A stretch of 64,000 nt of DNA from Octopus sinensis (Eukaryota). The notes under the pieces are model-generated. The model made no database searches. It worked only from the letters and a program-made list of their open reading frames with translations, and was not told where the DNA came from. Position 1 is the stretch's first letter; every line of letters begins with the position of its first letter. Positions 37,549-52,076 of the stretch are shown one piece after another. Position numbers and translations under genes: made by a program. The stretch spans positions 34,844,001 to 34,908,000 of the forward strand of contig NC_043004.1 in assembly GCF_006345805.1 (NCBI RefSeq), written 5' to 3'.

Positions 37549-37758
37549 AAAAAAACACACACACACACATAGATCACTAGCCACTAAACCTTTTTCTATC
37601 TTGTCTCCCTGTTTATTTCTATGTTCCTTTCTGTTGAAGAGCGTAGGCTCAAAACGTAAAAGACTTTCTCACTCCCCGAGCGTTAAACTAATACATCTGT
37701 TTGTTATTTACACACCTGTCTTCATCTTTTTGTTTTTTTGTAGATTCTCACTATATTT

Positions 37759-37817
<59 letters not shown>

Positions 37818-38060
37818 ATATATAAAGTAACAAACTGAGGAAACTAGATCCTTCAAAGGGGTGTTAAACATCTAATTCACTGACATGTATATCAGAAAAT
37901 GTATATGTCAAAACAATTTGTTGGCCTTTTATGGGTTTTTTGATAATTGCTTATGTTATATAATATTATGTTATATTCATAGTATATCATGTAATATTAT
38001 AATATAAATAAATTATTGGATTGTCAATAGTATCTCTCTATGTAATATATATATATATAT

Positions 38061-38091
<31 letters not shown>

Positions 38092-38732
38092 TAAACATTA
38101 CATATGCACATGTATACATCATTTGGCTTCCCTATCTCTTTCTCTCTGACATATTCCCTAGCCATATTAGCACAACCCCCACCACCACCGCCCCGCCATT
38201 GCCTAAATATCACTCTCTCCATTAATATAAGTGCCTCTGCCTCCTTCGTGCCATTTTTACATGGATATTTCTAATGTATATTTGCTTATTTGTTATTCAT
38301 AAATATATTCACACAAACATATATGAATATTTTAAATGCATTTCTGTATTGATGCTTCCGTCTTTGTTTGTATACACGCAATTTTCAATGGCTACATGTA
38401 TGTTGTGTGTTTGTGCCCATAGTTAAATGTAGCTTTCATGTACAAATACAACCACACGCACACCTATATGTATATACACGTGTAAATGCATTTACGTGTG
38501 CAAGTCTGTATGCATGTGCAAGTAAATCTGTGTGGGTGGCTGATCATAAGATATGAACAAATATGCAGTGTGTGCACTTATAGCTGCTTATGTCTGCGTA
38601 TGTGAGTGTATTTGTATGTTTGTGTGCATGTGCAAATGTGTTTATATATAAGTTATCACACACACACAACACATATATACATATGCATGTTTGTATACAA
38701 ATCTCTCTCTTTAAATACATATATATATGTAT

Positions 38733-38787
<55 letters not shown>

Positions 38788-39071
38788 ATATATATATGTG
38801 CATGTATATATATATATGTATATATATAAATACATATATACACATATGCTTGCGTGCATGTGTGTATGTATGTGTGTATATTCCCTTGCGTGCTCACAAC
38901 CAATTGTAAGAGAGTTTTCAAATCATGCACTCTAATAACCTAATAATAAAGGCATTTTTTAAAAAAATTATTGAGGCACTTTATAAACAGCCTTCATCTT
39001 GCTGATTCTTAGTGGAAAGAAATAATTAGATACACACTAATTTACATATTGAGTTCTTTTTTATGTTTAAA

Positions 39072-39120
<49 letters not shown>

Positions 39121-39387
39121 GCTTTCCAATACAGGAACAAGAGATAACTGCAAAATATCATATGGACAAATTGAGAGAGCAAAGCCCTTAACATCCCAAG
39201 ATGCGACTGCAAGTGTTATGTGAATTTCTATGGATGAAATAATACATGTAATCAGAAGATGTCCAAAAATGTCATCATGGTATACAACCTCTCACTGTGA
39301 TATGATGTTGCTGCTAAAACAATGTAGAATGCCATCTGCAGAAAAGACAGCCCTGGCATAAATATAAGCAATTCTATTGAATACAAA

Positions 39388-39852
39388 CTGGCTTCCATGC
39401 CAGTGGCACTTAAAAGGCACCATTTGAGCGTGATCGTTACCAGCGTCACCTTACTGACACTTGAGCACCATGCTAGTAGGAATTAAGAGCATCATCCAAG
39501 CATGATCATTACCAGAGCGACTATCTGGCCTCAGTGCCGGTGGCATGTAAAAGACACCATTCGAGCGTGATCATTACCAGTATCACCTTACTGGCACCTG
39601 TGCTGGTGGCATGTGTAAAGGATTTGAGTGAGGTCGTTGCTAGTACCACCTGACTGGCACCTATGCTGATGGCACGTAAAAGCACCTACTACACTCTTGG
39701 AGTGGTTGGCATTAGGAAGGGCATCCAGCTGTAGAAACTCTGCCAGATCAAGATTGAAGCCTGGTGCAGCCATCTGGTTTGCCAGCCCTCAGTCAAATCG
39801 TCCAACCCATGCTAGCATGGAAAGCGGAAGTTAAACGATGACGATGATGATG
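39388..39852 (+). mobile_element. RTE 3'-end fragment
   Basis: Internal subrepeats; tail CCATGCTAGCATGGAAAGCGGAAGTTAAACGATGACGATG. Confidence 0.8.
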
Positions 39853-39869
39853 ATATACATATCAACACA

Positions 39870-39960
39870 AGAAATATTGGTAGAACATTGCCGTTGAAAC
39901 GTCTGCCAACTGCAAACATAACAGACCTGATGTAGTTATTTGGAGCAGCAAGGAGATGAC
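39870..39960 (+). mobile_element. RLE-type LINE fragment
   Basis: KYW*NIAVETSANCKHNRPDVVIW (RPD motif of the restriction-like endonuclease). Confidence 0.55.
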
Positions 39961-40112
39961 AGAAGCGAGATGTGTGGTGCATTGATGTACTCAAGAAGAC
40001 CCTCTCTTTGATATCAGATGTTTGAGTAACTTCAGAAGGGTTGTCAATAGCAGTCAGAGAGCAGGGACTGACAGAGTTTTCGTTACATATATACATACAC
40101 CAATATTAATAT

Positions 40113-40346
40113 CTATTTCTTTACTACCCACAAGGGGCTAAACACAGAGAGGACAAACAAAGACAGACAAATGGATTAAGACGATTACATCGACCCCAGT
40201 GCATAACTGGTACTTATTTAATTGACCCCGAAAGGATGAAAAGCAAAGTCGACTTCGGTGGAATTTGAACTCAGAACGTAGCAGCAGACGAAATACTGCT
40301 AAGCATTTCACCTGGTGTGCTATCGATTCTGCCAGCTCACCGCCTT
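40113..40346 (-). mobile_element. SINE family B
   Basis: Reverse complement of 30700-30941. Confidence 0.85.
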
Positions 40347-40472
40347 AATATTAATATCATTATTAATATCATTATCTTAATGATGTGTGTGTGCCAGTGT
40401 TTCTCTGTGTGCGTGTGTGTGTACATTTATGTACACATGCATCTGTGTTCATAACAAATATATATTACATAT

Positions 40473-40983
40473 TCTTTTATTCTTTTACACATTTCAGTCA
40501 TTTGACTGTGGCCATGCTGGAGCACTGCCTTTAGTCAAACAAATCAACCCCTGGACTTATTCTTTGTAAGCCTAGTACTTATTCTATCGGTTTCTTTTGC
40601 TGAACTGCTAAGTTTCAGGAACATAGACATACCAACATTGGTTGTGAAGCAATGGTGCGTGTGTGCGCATGTGGGGAGGGGGGAACAAACAGACACAAAC
40701 ACTCACAAACATATATATATATATATATACACACACATACATGCACACATGCACACACGCACACACACGCGCACACACACACACGCACACACACACGTAC
40801 AAACACAATGGGCTTCTTTCAGTATCTGTCTACCAAATCCATTCACAAGGCTTTGGTCAGCACGAGGCTGTAGGAGAAGACACCAGCCCAAGTTACCACA
40901 TAGTGGGACTGAACTCAGAACCACATGGTTGCGAAGCAAGCTTCTTACCACACTATCACGCCGGCACCTTACCACACAGCCAC
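40473..40983 (-). mobile_element. SINE family A
   Basis: Reverse complement of family A with an expanded internal CA/TA repeat. Confidence 0.85.
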
Positions 40984-41269
40984 ATTTTTTATAATTATTA
41001 TTATTTGATTTCACTCAGGTTTGTTCTTATTCCTGGGAGAATATATGTGAGTAGCAGGTTACTACCACTGTTATCATTGTTATCTTTGCTAACATTACCA
41101 TTTTTACTATCACTATTCTGTCAGTCTTTATCACAATCTTTACCAAGGCTTCTAGTACAGGTGGCAGGGTTGGGAATGGGTGGGTGCATCACTGAAATTC
41201 TAGTAAGTTTTCAATGTTGTAGATATAAGTAAAACTGTGTTTATACAGTTATTTAAAGAGCATTTATAC

Positions 41270-41300
<31 letters not shown>

Positions 41301-41323
41301 ATTATTATTATTATTATTATTAT

Positions 41324-42200
<877 letters not shown>

Positions 42201-43924
42201 TATTATTATGTTAAGTTTTGGTTTTGCTTTAATTTACACAAGTTGCACCCAAGTCTCAACCAGAGATGTCAGGGGACAACAAGGTTTTGCATCTGAAGAT
42301 GGCTAACAGGTGTGCTGCCATGCAATGGAAAAATACTGATGCCTGTGGGAGAAAACAAAACACAGAGTGAGAGCATGGTTGCATGTGCACGGGGATAAAT
42401 TTATGTAGAACATGTTGTTGTTGTTGTTGTTGTTGTTATTATCAATAGTGTTGTTGTTGTTGTCGTCATTACTTATATCATACATGCATGTAATGTTTGT
42501 AAAAATATAGATTGAGCAATGATAACAGAGCAAATGCTGTTGATAGTCAATAATTGTGAGCTTCAAAGCAAATACCATGTATCTGCAAAGTAGTTAAAAT
42601 GTGGCACCAAAATTTAACATCAGTGCTTACCTGCATCCTATTTATTGCATATTGATACTGCTGTCAAAGCTAATTCCATATTCCAACTGTCTCATATACT
42701 TACACATGTGATGGCTACAACAAATTAAATAACATACCTATCACTGGAAATATATGTGAAATGACAATGTCTTCTTAGCTCCAGTTTCATAACTAGAAAT
42801 TGGCGAACAGCAGTGGGGAGAGATAAGTTTTGTACTAATAATATTTCCAAAGGATTTGGTACCTATTTCTCATAGACAGACAGACAAATGAACTGTGGCC
42901 AATGTGGAATAAAGCATTCTGACATGAAACACCTCCTACAGATGTCTCTGCACTGTCAATGTTGTATGATTGTGTATAATGCATTTGTGTTGGTATGTGT
43001 ATGTTTTCATGTGTGTTGGTATGTGTATGTTTGCATGTGTGTTGGTATGTATGTGTTTACATGTGTTTGTGTGTGATTTATGGATTGTTGAGATTAACCT
43101 CTCCCCATCCTCTCTGTTCTCTTATTGCTACTTAGATGGGACTAAATTTATTTTAATTGAAATTTACAATTAAATTTTAAAGAAAAAAATTTTTTTTATT
43201 AACAAAAATATAAATTAAATTTTGTTTTTATTTGGTTGTAAGAAACTTATGAAGAGCTATCTAAAAATCGATATACATCTCTCTCTAACCAGAGCAGTCT
43301 CACTGCAAACATAAATTGTAGTGCACTGGCCGAGAAATTAGTTATGAGCTGACGAGACAAGAGTGTAAAACGATCAGGTGAATGGTTAGTGGTTTGAGTA
43401 ATGCAATACTACCATTCAACATGGTTGGTTGGTTGGTTGGTTGGCGGAATGGTGAGAGCAACACATGCAAATGCTTATAGTATTTACTAAAACCATTTAT
43501 GTCTCGAGTTCAAATCCTGATGCTGATGACTATACGTTTATTTATTCTGGGATTCATAAATTAATTATCAGTCATGTAGAGGGCTTCATTAAATATGAAG
43601 AGAATGATAACTAAGGCCTTAGACACAAAACATTTCCAGCAACATTGAAATACTTGTTAATACACCTTTTATTTAATTTGTTGTTACTGATAAATCCCAA
43701 GCAGATTCTTATCAAGCAAGTCAATAATTAAAGACATTCCCACCATGACCATCCTATCTTCTTTGGTGGTATACTAAACTAAATAATCTAACATATCATA
43801 CATATATATATGTGAGTGTATATATATATGTGTGTGTGTGTGTGTATACATATATGTATGTGTGTATGTGCGTATATATATATATATATATATATAATGT
43901 ATATATACACACATACACACACAT

Positions 43925-45015
43925 ATGACCCAGTTCAGGGACCAGTTACCCAAATCAACTGTACCTTGGTAGAAAAGCAATTAAGGATATGACAACAGAG
44001 AAAACCCCCAGCCCATCAGGAATCACTGCTGAGATGCTTAAAATATCTGGCTGTGTAGGTTATGGTCTGGTCACCCGAATTATAAATCAGGAGGTTCATG
44101 AAGGAATCATACCCAATGACTGGTGTAGCAGCACCATAGTCAGCTGCTACATAGGTAAAGGCAATGCCTTAGATAGGAATAATTACAGAGGTATCAAATT
44201 GTTATATCAGGTAATGAAAATTGAAGAGAGTCATAGCCTAATTAAGAAGAGAGATAGTTTAGACAAGATGCAGTTTGGTTTTGTGCCAGGTGAAGCACCA
44301 CTGATGCTGTATTTCTGGTAAGACAACTGCAGGAGAAATACCTAGCTAAAGATAAACCTCTGTACTTGGCTTTTGTTGACTTGGAGAAAGCCTTTGACAG
44401 GGTCCCCTGATCCCTTATCTGGTGGTCAGTTTGGAAAATAGGGATAGATGAGTGGTACAAGCTATGCACATGGATACTACCAGTAAGGTGAGTGGGCAAT
44501 GAGTACAGGGTAGAAGTAGGGGTTCACCAAGGATCAGTCTTCAGCCCCCTCTTGTTCATCAGAGCAATTTAAAACAGGCTGCACCTAGGAGCTCCTCTAT
44601 GCTGATAACCTTGCTCGTATAACTGAATCACTACCAGAACTGGAGAAGAAATTTCAGGAGTAGAAGCAAGGTCTAGAATTGAAGGGCCTTAGAATCAACC
44701 TAGCAAAAACTAAAGTCTTAGTAAGAAGGAAGGCAGACAAATTACAAATCCCTTCAAGTAGATGGCCCTGCTCAATCTGTAGAAAAGGCATAGGTACAAA
44801 CTTCCTAAGATGTACCCAGTGAAAGCTTTGGATACATAAGAAGTGCAGCAATATCAGAGGAAGGTTAACAGAGAAACTAGTCTTTGTATGTAGAAGATGC
44901 ACAGGTATGATAAACATTGAAAATGTGCAGAAAATAGACCCCATCAACCGTCAGTGGGATAAGCTAGAGGTAGTTGATAGCTTCTGTTATCTAGGTGACC
45001 AAGTTAGTAGCAGTG
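43925..45015 (+). pseudogene. RTE-clade LINE ORF2 fragment (reverse transcriptase with in-frame PHD-like finger)
   Basis: PSGITAEMLK, IPNDW, NYRGIKLL, QFGF, AFVDLEKAFDRV, GVHQGSVFSPLLF, LLYADNL, GLRINLAKTKV, C4HC3 finger, LEVVDSFCYLG; stops and frameshifts present. Confidence 0.9.
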
Positions 45016-45469
45016 AGAATTTAAATAGCCTATATATATATATATATATATATATATGGCTTGCTCGCTTAGCTAGCGGGGTGGCGTCATTCGAAGGCTA
45101 AAACAATGCGAACACATTGTCACAAGCGATGTGTAGCAACATCTGATGGTCTGGTCGGTCACGTGATATATATATATATGTAAATGGATGAATGAATTAT
45201 CCTTTGTTTACTGTTAACATGGAAATTCAATAAACAGTTACCAGGGTAGCAAAATTCACACAAGTAACAAGGATGTAACGACCTATTCAAAGGTAGAAAC
45301 TCCAGGTTAATGTGCAGTAATTTGTATAGTATAAGTAAATAAATGGAGTTGAACGCAGATGTTATTCAATTATATATATATATATATACATATCATCATC
45401 ATCATCATCCTCATTTAACGTCCGCTTTCCATGCTAGCATGGGTTATATATATATATATATATATATAG

Positions 45470-45944
45470 GCTATATTAAATTTCTGAATGAGATGTAAAC
45501 AGAAGCAATATTGAATCGTAACATATAATTACCAACCAAGTGTGGCATCCTACACAGGACAGCACTGCTGATGTTTATAGCTCCAGGAAGACATCTCTTC
45601 CAGCTGGCTAACGACACACATTTAGCGTTTGATTAGTATTTGTGAGGGGAATTCATCTCTCCCATCCCTAGCCTTACATGATACACACGGACTCGAGTTT
45701 CTGGATGGTTACCCATCATCAGTGTGTGTTAATGACCATCTAGAGATGAGAATTCATTCCACTCGCGAAAACTATATGCTTTTTCCAGCGCCAAACCATT
45801 GCTGATCTTGGAAAAGGAGAAATCAGCTATATTAAATCTCTGATCAAGATGTAAACAGTAATAATATGGAATTGTAGCATATAATTGCCAACCACGTGTA
45901 GCACTGTCCCATGTGGGATGCCACACTCAGTTGGCAATTATATG
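45470..45944 (-). mobile_element. Hammerhead-bearing partial tandem (period ~356 bp) with terminal inversion, Penelope pseudo-LTR-like
   Basis: GCTATATTAAAT...CATATAATT.CCAACCA.GTGT.GCA is repeated at 45470 and 45826. 45904-45944 is an inverted copy of ~45522-45562. The element starts in (TA)n and contains the hammerhead at 45683-45729. Confidence 0.7.
45683..45729 (-). ncRNA. Minimal type I hammerhead ribozyme
   Basis: Minus strand reads ACACACA-CTGATGA-TGGGT-AACC-ATCCA-GAAA-CTCGAG-TC-CGTGTGT: intact core, 5-bp stem II, palindromic stem III, GUC site, one mismatch in stem I. Confidence 0.8.
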
Positions 45945-46071
45945 TGGAGGAGGAGGAGACCCCCTTCGGTCATGAATGACCATGGGATTGCATCTAGAAA
46001 ATTATCCTCCAAGGCACAAGTCCGGGCAAGGTTGTTTTATGGAAGTCCAGCAGTGCCTTCACAATTATATG

Positions 46072-46119
<48 letters not shown>

Positions 46120-46121
<2 letters not shown>

Positions 46122-46405
46122 ATCATTTAACGTCCACTCTCCGTGCTGGCATGGGTTGGACGGTTTGACCAGGGCTGGCAAGCTGGAAGGTTGCACCAGA
46201 CTCCAGTCTGATTTGGCATGGTTTTCTACAGCTGGAAGCCCTTCCAAATGCCAACCCCTCTGAGAGTGTAATGGACGCTCTTATGTGCCACTGGCACAGG
46301 TGCCATTTGCATGACACCAGATCTGCCTTGATTGCAGTTTTACTTGGCTTAATTGGACTTCTTCTCACAACATAATGCCAAATGGACTCAGTCATTTCCT
46401 CCATC
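46120..46405 (-). mobile_element. RTE 3'-end fragment
   Basis: Reverse complement of the family seen at 665-987. Confidence 0.8.
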
Positions 46406-47754
46406 AGTGGCAGAGGAAATATTATCCTATCCAAGGAAATCTCCCTCAGTGAGTTCCATTTGACCCACTCAAGCATGGAAAACTGAGTGTTAAGATGATG
46501 ATGATGATGATGATGATGATGTTATATAATTCTCTTCTGATCTGCTGTGATATATTTAATAATGTTCCACTCTCATTTCTATCAATTTTCCAGTTGAACC
46601 TCAGAATTACAAACAATTGCAAACATTCAAAACATAAATCCACAGACACCAGTGTCTTAATATATTTTATCTAAAACCATTTATTGTAAATTTAATTCAT
46701 CAAGTTTAACCTCACCACCAAGACATTGGGTAGTTTTCTGAAGCTAAATCTGTCTGTTACAAGTATTCAGGAACAGGTTTCTCATCTGAGGATAACCTCA
46801 TATTTTTGCATCTGCCACTACATTCTTATTGCAGGAGAAATGGGTCTTTTTCCTTCCACCTTTCTTCCATTCCATTAATTACTGTGGCTCCAAAAGATCT
46901 TAATAGCATTGCCTTTCTCCTTCTCAGACATAATAATAAAGAATTTAAGGTGTTATAATTATTTTATTGATATAAGCAGAAATACAAACAGAATAACCAC
47001 TTTGTTTTGCTTCAGATTCAATGTTTAGTGTCTGGATTTTAATTCCATGTTAGACTCCAAGGCACTAAGTACCTGCCGCACTTGCAAAATTTCACAAATT
47101 TATTTTTCAATTTTTGTTTAGATGTGGTGGAAATTTTGGTTATTTGCATTTTTAGCTGTTGTTCATTTTAAAAAAAGATAGAATACAAAAAGCAACAAAA
47201 AAAACAAAATTAATTTATTTCTTCTCAGGCTGAGAGTTTGGTTTTATGGGAAAAGACAGTAAAAGTCCATGTAATAGTTGAAGTTAGATTGGGTGTGACA
47301 GCCATGGCATTAGAGTTAAGGTTAGGCCGAGAGAGACCCAGCAACAATACAGGAATGAAAGAGCCATTCCTTTTCCTAAAACTAAAATAGAAGAAAATAG
47401 AAGAAAATTGTTATTTTTCAATTGACTGCAAAATGAAGGATATGACAGTCTCATAAATCAATCAATTTACAACATAAATCAATCAATTTGGAACATAAAT
47501 TTACAAATTTGAAGTAATATATTTTCCATTTTGCTTTTCTAGGTTTTTTTTTTGGGGGGGGGGACAAAACAAAATAAATCAATGTAAAAGTAAAAAAAAC
47601 AAAATGACTAAATATAAAAAAAAGCAATACAAATAGAAAGGGGAAATGAAATAAAAAAAATCATAGGAATTAAGAATTTAGCTAAATGTTGTCAAAGATG
47701 AAGTATTGTGGCATAAAGATAAATGGAAATTTCTAACTTTCTGAAATAATAAAA

Positions 47755-47780
47755 ATGACGATGATGATGATGACGACGAC

Positions 47781-47830
<50 letters not shown>

Positions 47831-48200
47831 GATGATGATGATGACGATGACGATAATGATGATGAGATAATGATACCAATCTGATGATGACGATAATGAC
47901 ACTGATAATAATGATGATGATGATGATGATGAAGATGACGACGATGGTGATGATGATGGTGATGGTGGGGGTGAGGATGACCATGACAACAACGGTGACG
48001 ATGACCATGATGATAATAATGATAATGATACCAATCTAATGACGACAATGATGACAATGATGATGGCAATGATGATGATGACAATGATAACGATGATGGT
48101 GATGATTATGATAATGATGATACTAATTATAATGGCAACAATGAGGGCAATACAAATTCTGATGACGACTGGTGATGATTGTGCTAGTTCTGATGATGGC
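47755..48200. repeat. (GAT)n compound microsatellite
   Basis: Long GAT/GAC/GGT runs; ATAATGATACCAATCT duplicated. Confidence 0.85.
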
Positions 48201-48468
48201 CAAAAATAAGAACTAACCACAGATGGAAAAACATTTTCAATGTTCATAGGAATTTTCAAAACTGAACCATGTAAAATGGTTTTAGTATTACATGACGGAT
48301 AATAATTATTGGCTTTCTAATTAGATACAAAGTCTAATTTCTATGCATTAGGCAAAAGAGTATAGTTTGTTGAGTCAAACTCCAGGTACATTTACTGCAG
48401 GCATATATTTTGACCAGAATTAGGCAGATGAAGGACAAAAATCAGTTCTGATCATCATGACAATAGTC

Positions 48469-48504
<36 letters not shown>

Positions 48505-48888
48505 GTTTCCATGAACAATTTTTTTCTATGTTTCTCTAAACATATCCCCAAATTATTAGAACTTAAACCACATATATCTACCACTGCACTACTAAAAGAA
48601 ATACAAATTTACTCAAATTAAATTGCACAAGACAACTGTCATACTAAGTGAAACATAAAAGACTAAAATATTTAGACATTCCTTCTTCTTATCACATAAT
48701 ATTTCAGATTTTGCTTTCTGCTGTTATAGCAGATAACAGGGCCATATAGCATATATAGTGACTGTGAACAATTTGGCGATACATACATACATACATACAT
48801 ACATACATACAAATATATATATATACATATATATATATAGTTGAAAAATTTCATTATAGGTATAAATATACCATAAACAAGTATTAAA

Positions 48889-49283
48889 AAATGGAGGGAA
48901 AAAAGATGTTGAATCAAAATTAGATTTAATACAAAATTGGATTCAATACATATGCACATTTCCAAAGACAATACAAATATGTAAGAAAATAATTATAATC
49001 ATAGTAATTTACAACTTTTACAACTTGTAAATATCCAATTTGTCCCTATTACCCAATCTGTAGTCTCCCTTATTATATCTTATTTTATTTTATTAAACCT
49101 TTTTTGATGTTCTTCAAACAATTCCTCACACTGATGAGAATGACAATGCATAATTTTAATTATAATTGCTATGATTATAATTTTTTCTTACATATTTGTA
49201 TTGTCCTTTGAAACATGCATATGTATTGAATCCAATTTTGTATTAAATCTAATTTTGATTCAACATCTTTTTTTTCTCCATTT
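48889..49283. repeat. ~120-bp inverted repeat (48889-49009 and 49164-49283)
   Basis: GATGTTGAATCAAAATTAGATTTAATACAAAATTGGATTCAATACATATGCA and its reverse complement; CTGATGAG in the spacer at 49131. Confidence 0.85.
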
Positions 49284-49439
49284 GCAACCAGATAGGATAA
49301 TGTTAATTTCATCATTGGTCATATTTGTTATTTTTCTACTAAATATTAATAGTTTGTTCAATAAGATGTAGGAAATAGTGGAATAGTAGGCTACAATACC
49401 AAATTGAAGAAAGGAGATCTTTGCCGTATTATGCAAATT

Positions 49440-49746
49440 TATATGGAGGCAAGGAGCAAGATCTTTGACATTATGTTGTGCTTGAGAAGAAGACTCATCA
49501 AGCTGAGCAAGACTGCAGTCATGGCAGACACCAGTGTCACCCAAATGGCACCTGTACCAGTGGCACATAAAAGCACTCATATTCTCGGAGCAGTTGGTGT
49601 TAGGAAGGGCATCCAGCTGTAGAAAACCATGCCAAATCAGACTGGAGTCTGGTGCAGCCTTCCAGCTTACGAGCTCTGGTCAAACTGTCCAACCAATGCT
49701 GGCATGGACAACAAACATTAAATGATGATGATTATGATGATGATGA
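49440..49746 (+). mobile_element. RTE 3'-end fragment
   Basis: Colinear with 690-987; (GAT)n tail. Confidence 0.8.
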
Positions 49747-49847
49747 CATACTATGCATACATACACACACATACATACACATGTACATATATATATGTGT
49801 GTGTGTGTGTGTATATATGTATATACATACATACATATATATATATG

Positions 49848-49913
<66 letters not shown>

Positions 49914-50530
49914 TATATTATATATATATATATATATCCCAGCTGGGCCGATATAACAGCTAAATCTAATGAAATAGATAATTGTGTGATTTTTAATTAG
50001 GCACTTTCAAGTGTGTGTGTTTTTGTTTGAAGTGCATGTACAAATGTTTCAGTATTGGAAATTAAAATGAGACAGCAGTAAGGAACATGCAATGACCAAA
50101 ATGATGAAGGTTTTGAGAGGTAGGCACAAATGGGTGCTCAACTGCTTCATGTGTTATGATCGATATTCCATAAGCTAACAAGGTAGCCTCTACATAATCA
50201 TTGAAGCAGCTTGACACAGCAGGCAACTTAGCCTCAAATCATACACTATTGTCTTGAAATGGAGCAACACAATGGATAGTATTACCTTAGGTACACTTAT
50301 GTCTTAGTGAAAGACAGAAAGGGTCATAGATGAAACTCCTTTAACCCTAGGTCAGAGCTAAACAACAACGATTATTATAAGTGGCATCCCACACTGCCTT
50401 TGAAGTTACCCTCACCTGTGTGCCCGGTTAACTAATTTACAGGTGCATGTCCTCCAAGATGACCAACAAGAAGAAAAAAATCTACATCTGTAGGTATGAA
50501 TAGGTGAGTAGGGCTATGTGCGGTTATGTA

Positions 50531-50725
50531 AGGCGGTGAGCTGGCAGAAACGCCAGGCAAAATGCTTAGCGGTATTTCGTCTGCCGTTATGTTCTGAGTT
50601 CAAATTCCGCCGAGGTCGATTTTGCCTTTTATCCTTTCGGGGTCGATAAATTTAGTACCAGGTATGCACTGGGGTCCTTGTTTGTCTCCTCTGTGTTTAG
50701 CCCCTTGTGGGTAGTAAATAAATAA
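50531..50725 (+). mobile_element. SINE family B (internal deletions)
   Basis: Colinear with 30700-30941. Confidence 0.85.
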
Positions 50726-51404
50726 ATATGTAAGCCTTGCTCTATTAGGAGAAGATGTAATGAGAGAAAACTGCCATGGCATTTTAACTTTTAACAATCC
50801 TAATTATACTTTCCTTGCTTTCAACACCCAAAATCCACCTCTGTCACCGCCACCACAACCACCACCAGCAGTTGTAAAATGTGATGATGGTTGCAAGTAA
50901 TCAAAAACAGAACAAACTAATAAAGAAGTAGTTTTTTTTTTTAAAAAGACAATCATTTACATTAATCTTTTAAAAGATATGATTTCCCCTGATTAAACTG
51001 AATTCAATCATTTCTTAAATTTGTTTCCTTACATTCCATCAGAGTTTTTTTTTTTTTTTTTGTAAATTTTAACATCAACAATAGTAAATAGATTAGCTGT
51101 AAAATAGTTGAAATAGAAGTCTGTTCTATGGCAGAAGAGCTCTAGATTTTTATAGAAACTACTTAAAAAGTCATTGATACAGAGAATAGCCAGTGAAAAA
51201 AACAAAAGGAATAAAACGAAATAAATAAATAAAATTGGAAACAAAAGCTAAGTAAAAGTCACAAGAGTGAAATGAAAGATTAACCCTATTTAAGATGAGC
51301 AAAGAGAAAACAAATGATGTTATTTTCTTTCTCTGCTTTAACAAAATAACAAACCAGGCAGTAAATACAGAAGACTAAGCAAAGTGTCAAACTGTCAAGA
51401 ATCC

Positions 51405-51540
51405 TCCATACACTACATACACTCATACATACATATATGTGTGTATATGTATGTATCTATATGTGTGTATATATATATGCAGTATGTATGTATATATGTA
51501 CGTATGTATATGTATATATATACATATATATATGTGTGTG

Positions 51541-51589
<49 letters not shown>

Positions 51590-52032
51590 GTTTGTATATG
51601 TATATATATATATATATATAACTAAGCGTATATAAGAATATACAAATTGGTTATATATGAGAGAGACAGTGTGTATATGTGTATGTATATATATATATAT
51701 ACAGGTGTATATACATATATACATATATATATACATACTGCATATATATACATACACACATACATAAATATTTATGTATACATGTATCTATATGTGTATG
51801 TATATATATATATACATATATACATATATACATGTGTATATAGATATATGTATATATGTATATATGTATATATATATATATAGATACATGTATGTATATG
51901 TATATATACACACACACATATACACACTGTCACTTATAACCAATTTATATATACTTATATGCACATATATATATATGTATAAAAATATATATAAATTGGT
52001 TATATATGAGAGAGACTGTGTATATAGATATA

Positions 52033-52076
<44 letters not shown>

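Noticed and set aside
46835-46878. Acceptor followed by GEMGLFPSTFLPFH*, resembling the end of an SH3 domain
   Set aside because: Too short, no upstream SH3 exon is visible, and the frame was chosen post hoc.
47678-48259. 193-aa and overlapping poly-S/H/I/D ORFs (also at 22117-22852)
   Set aside because: Products of (GAT)n triplet repeats that are open in several frames.
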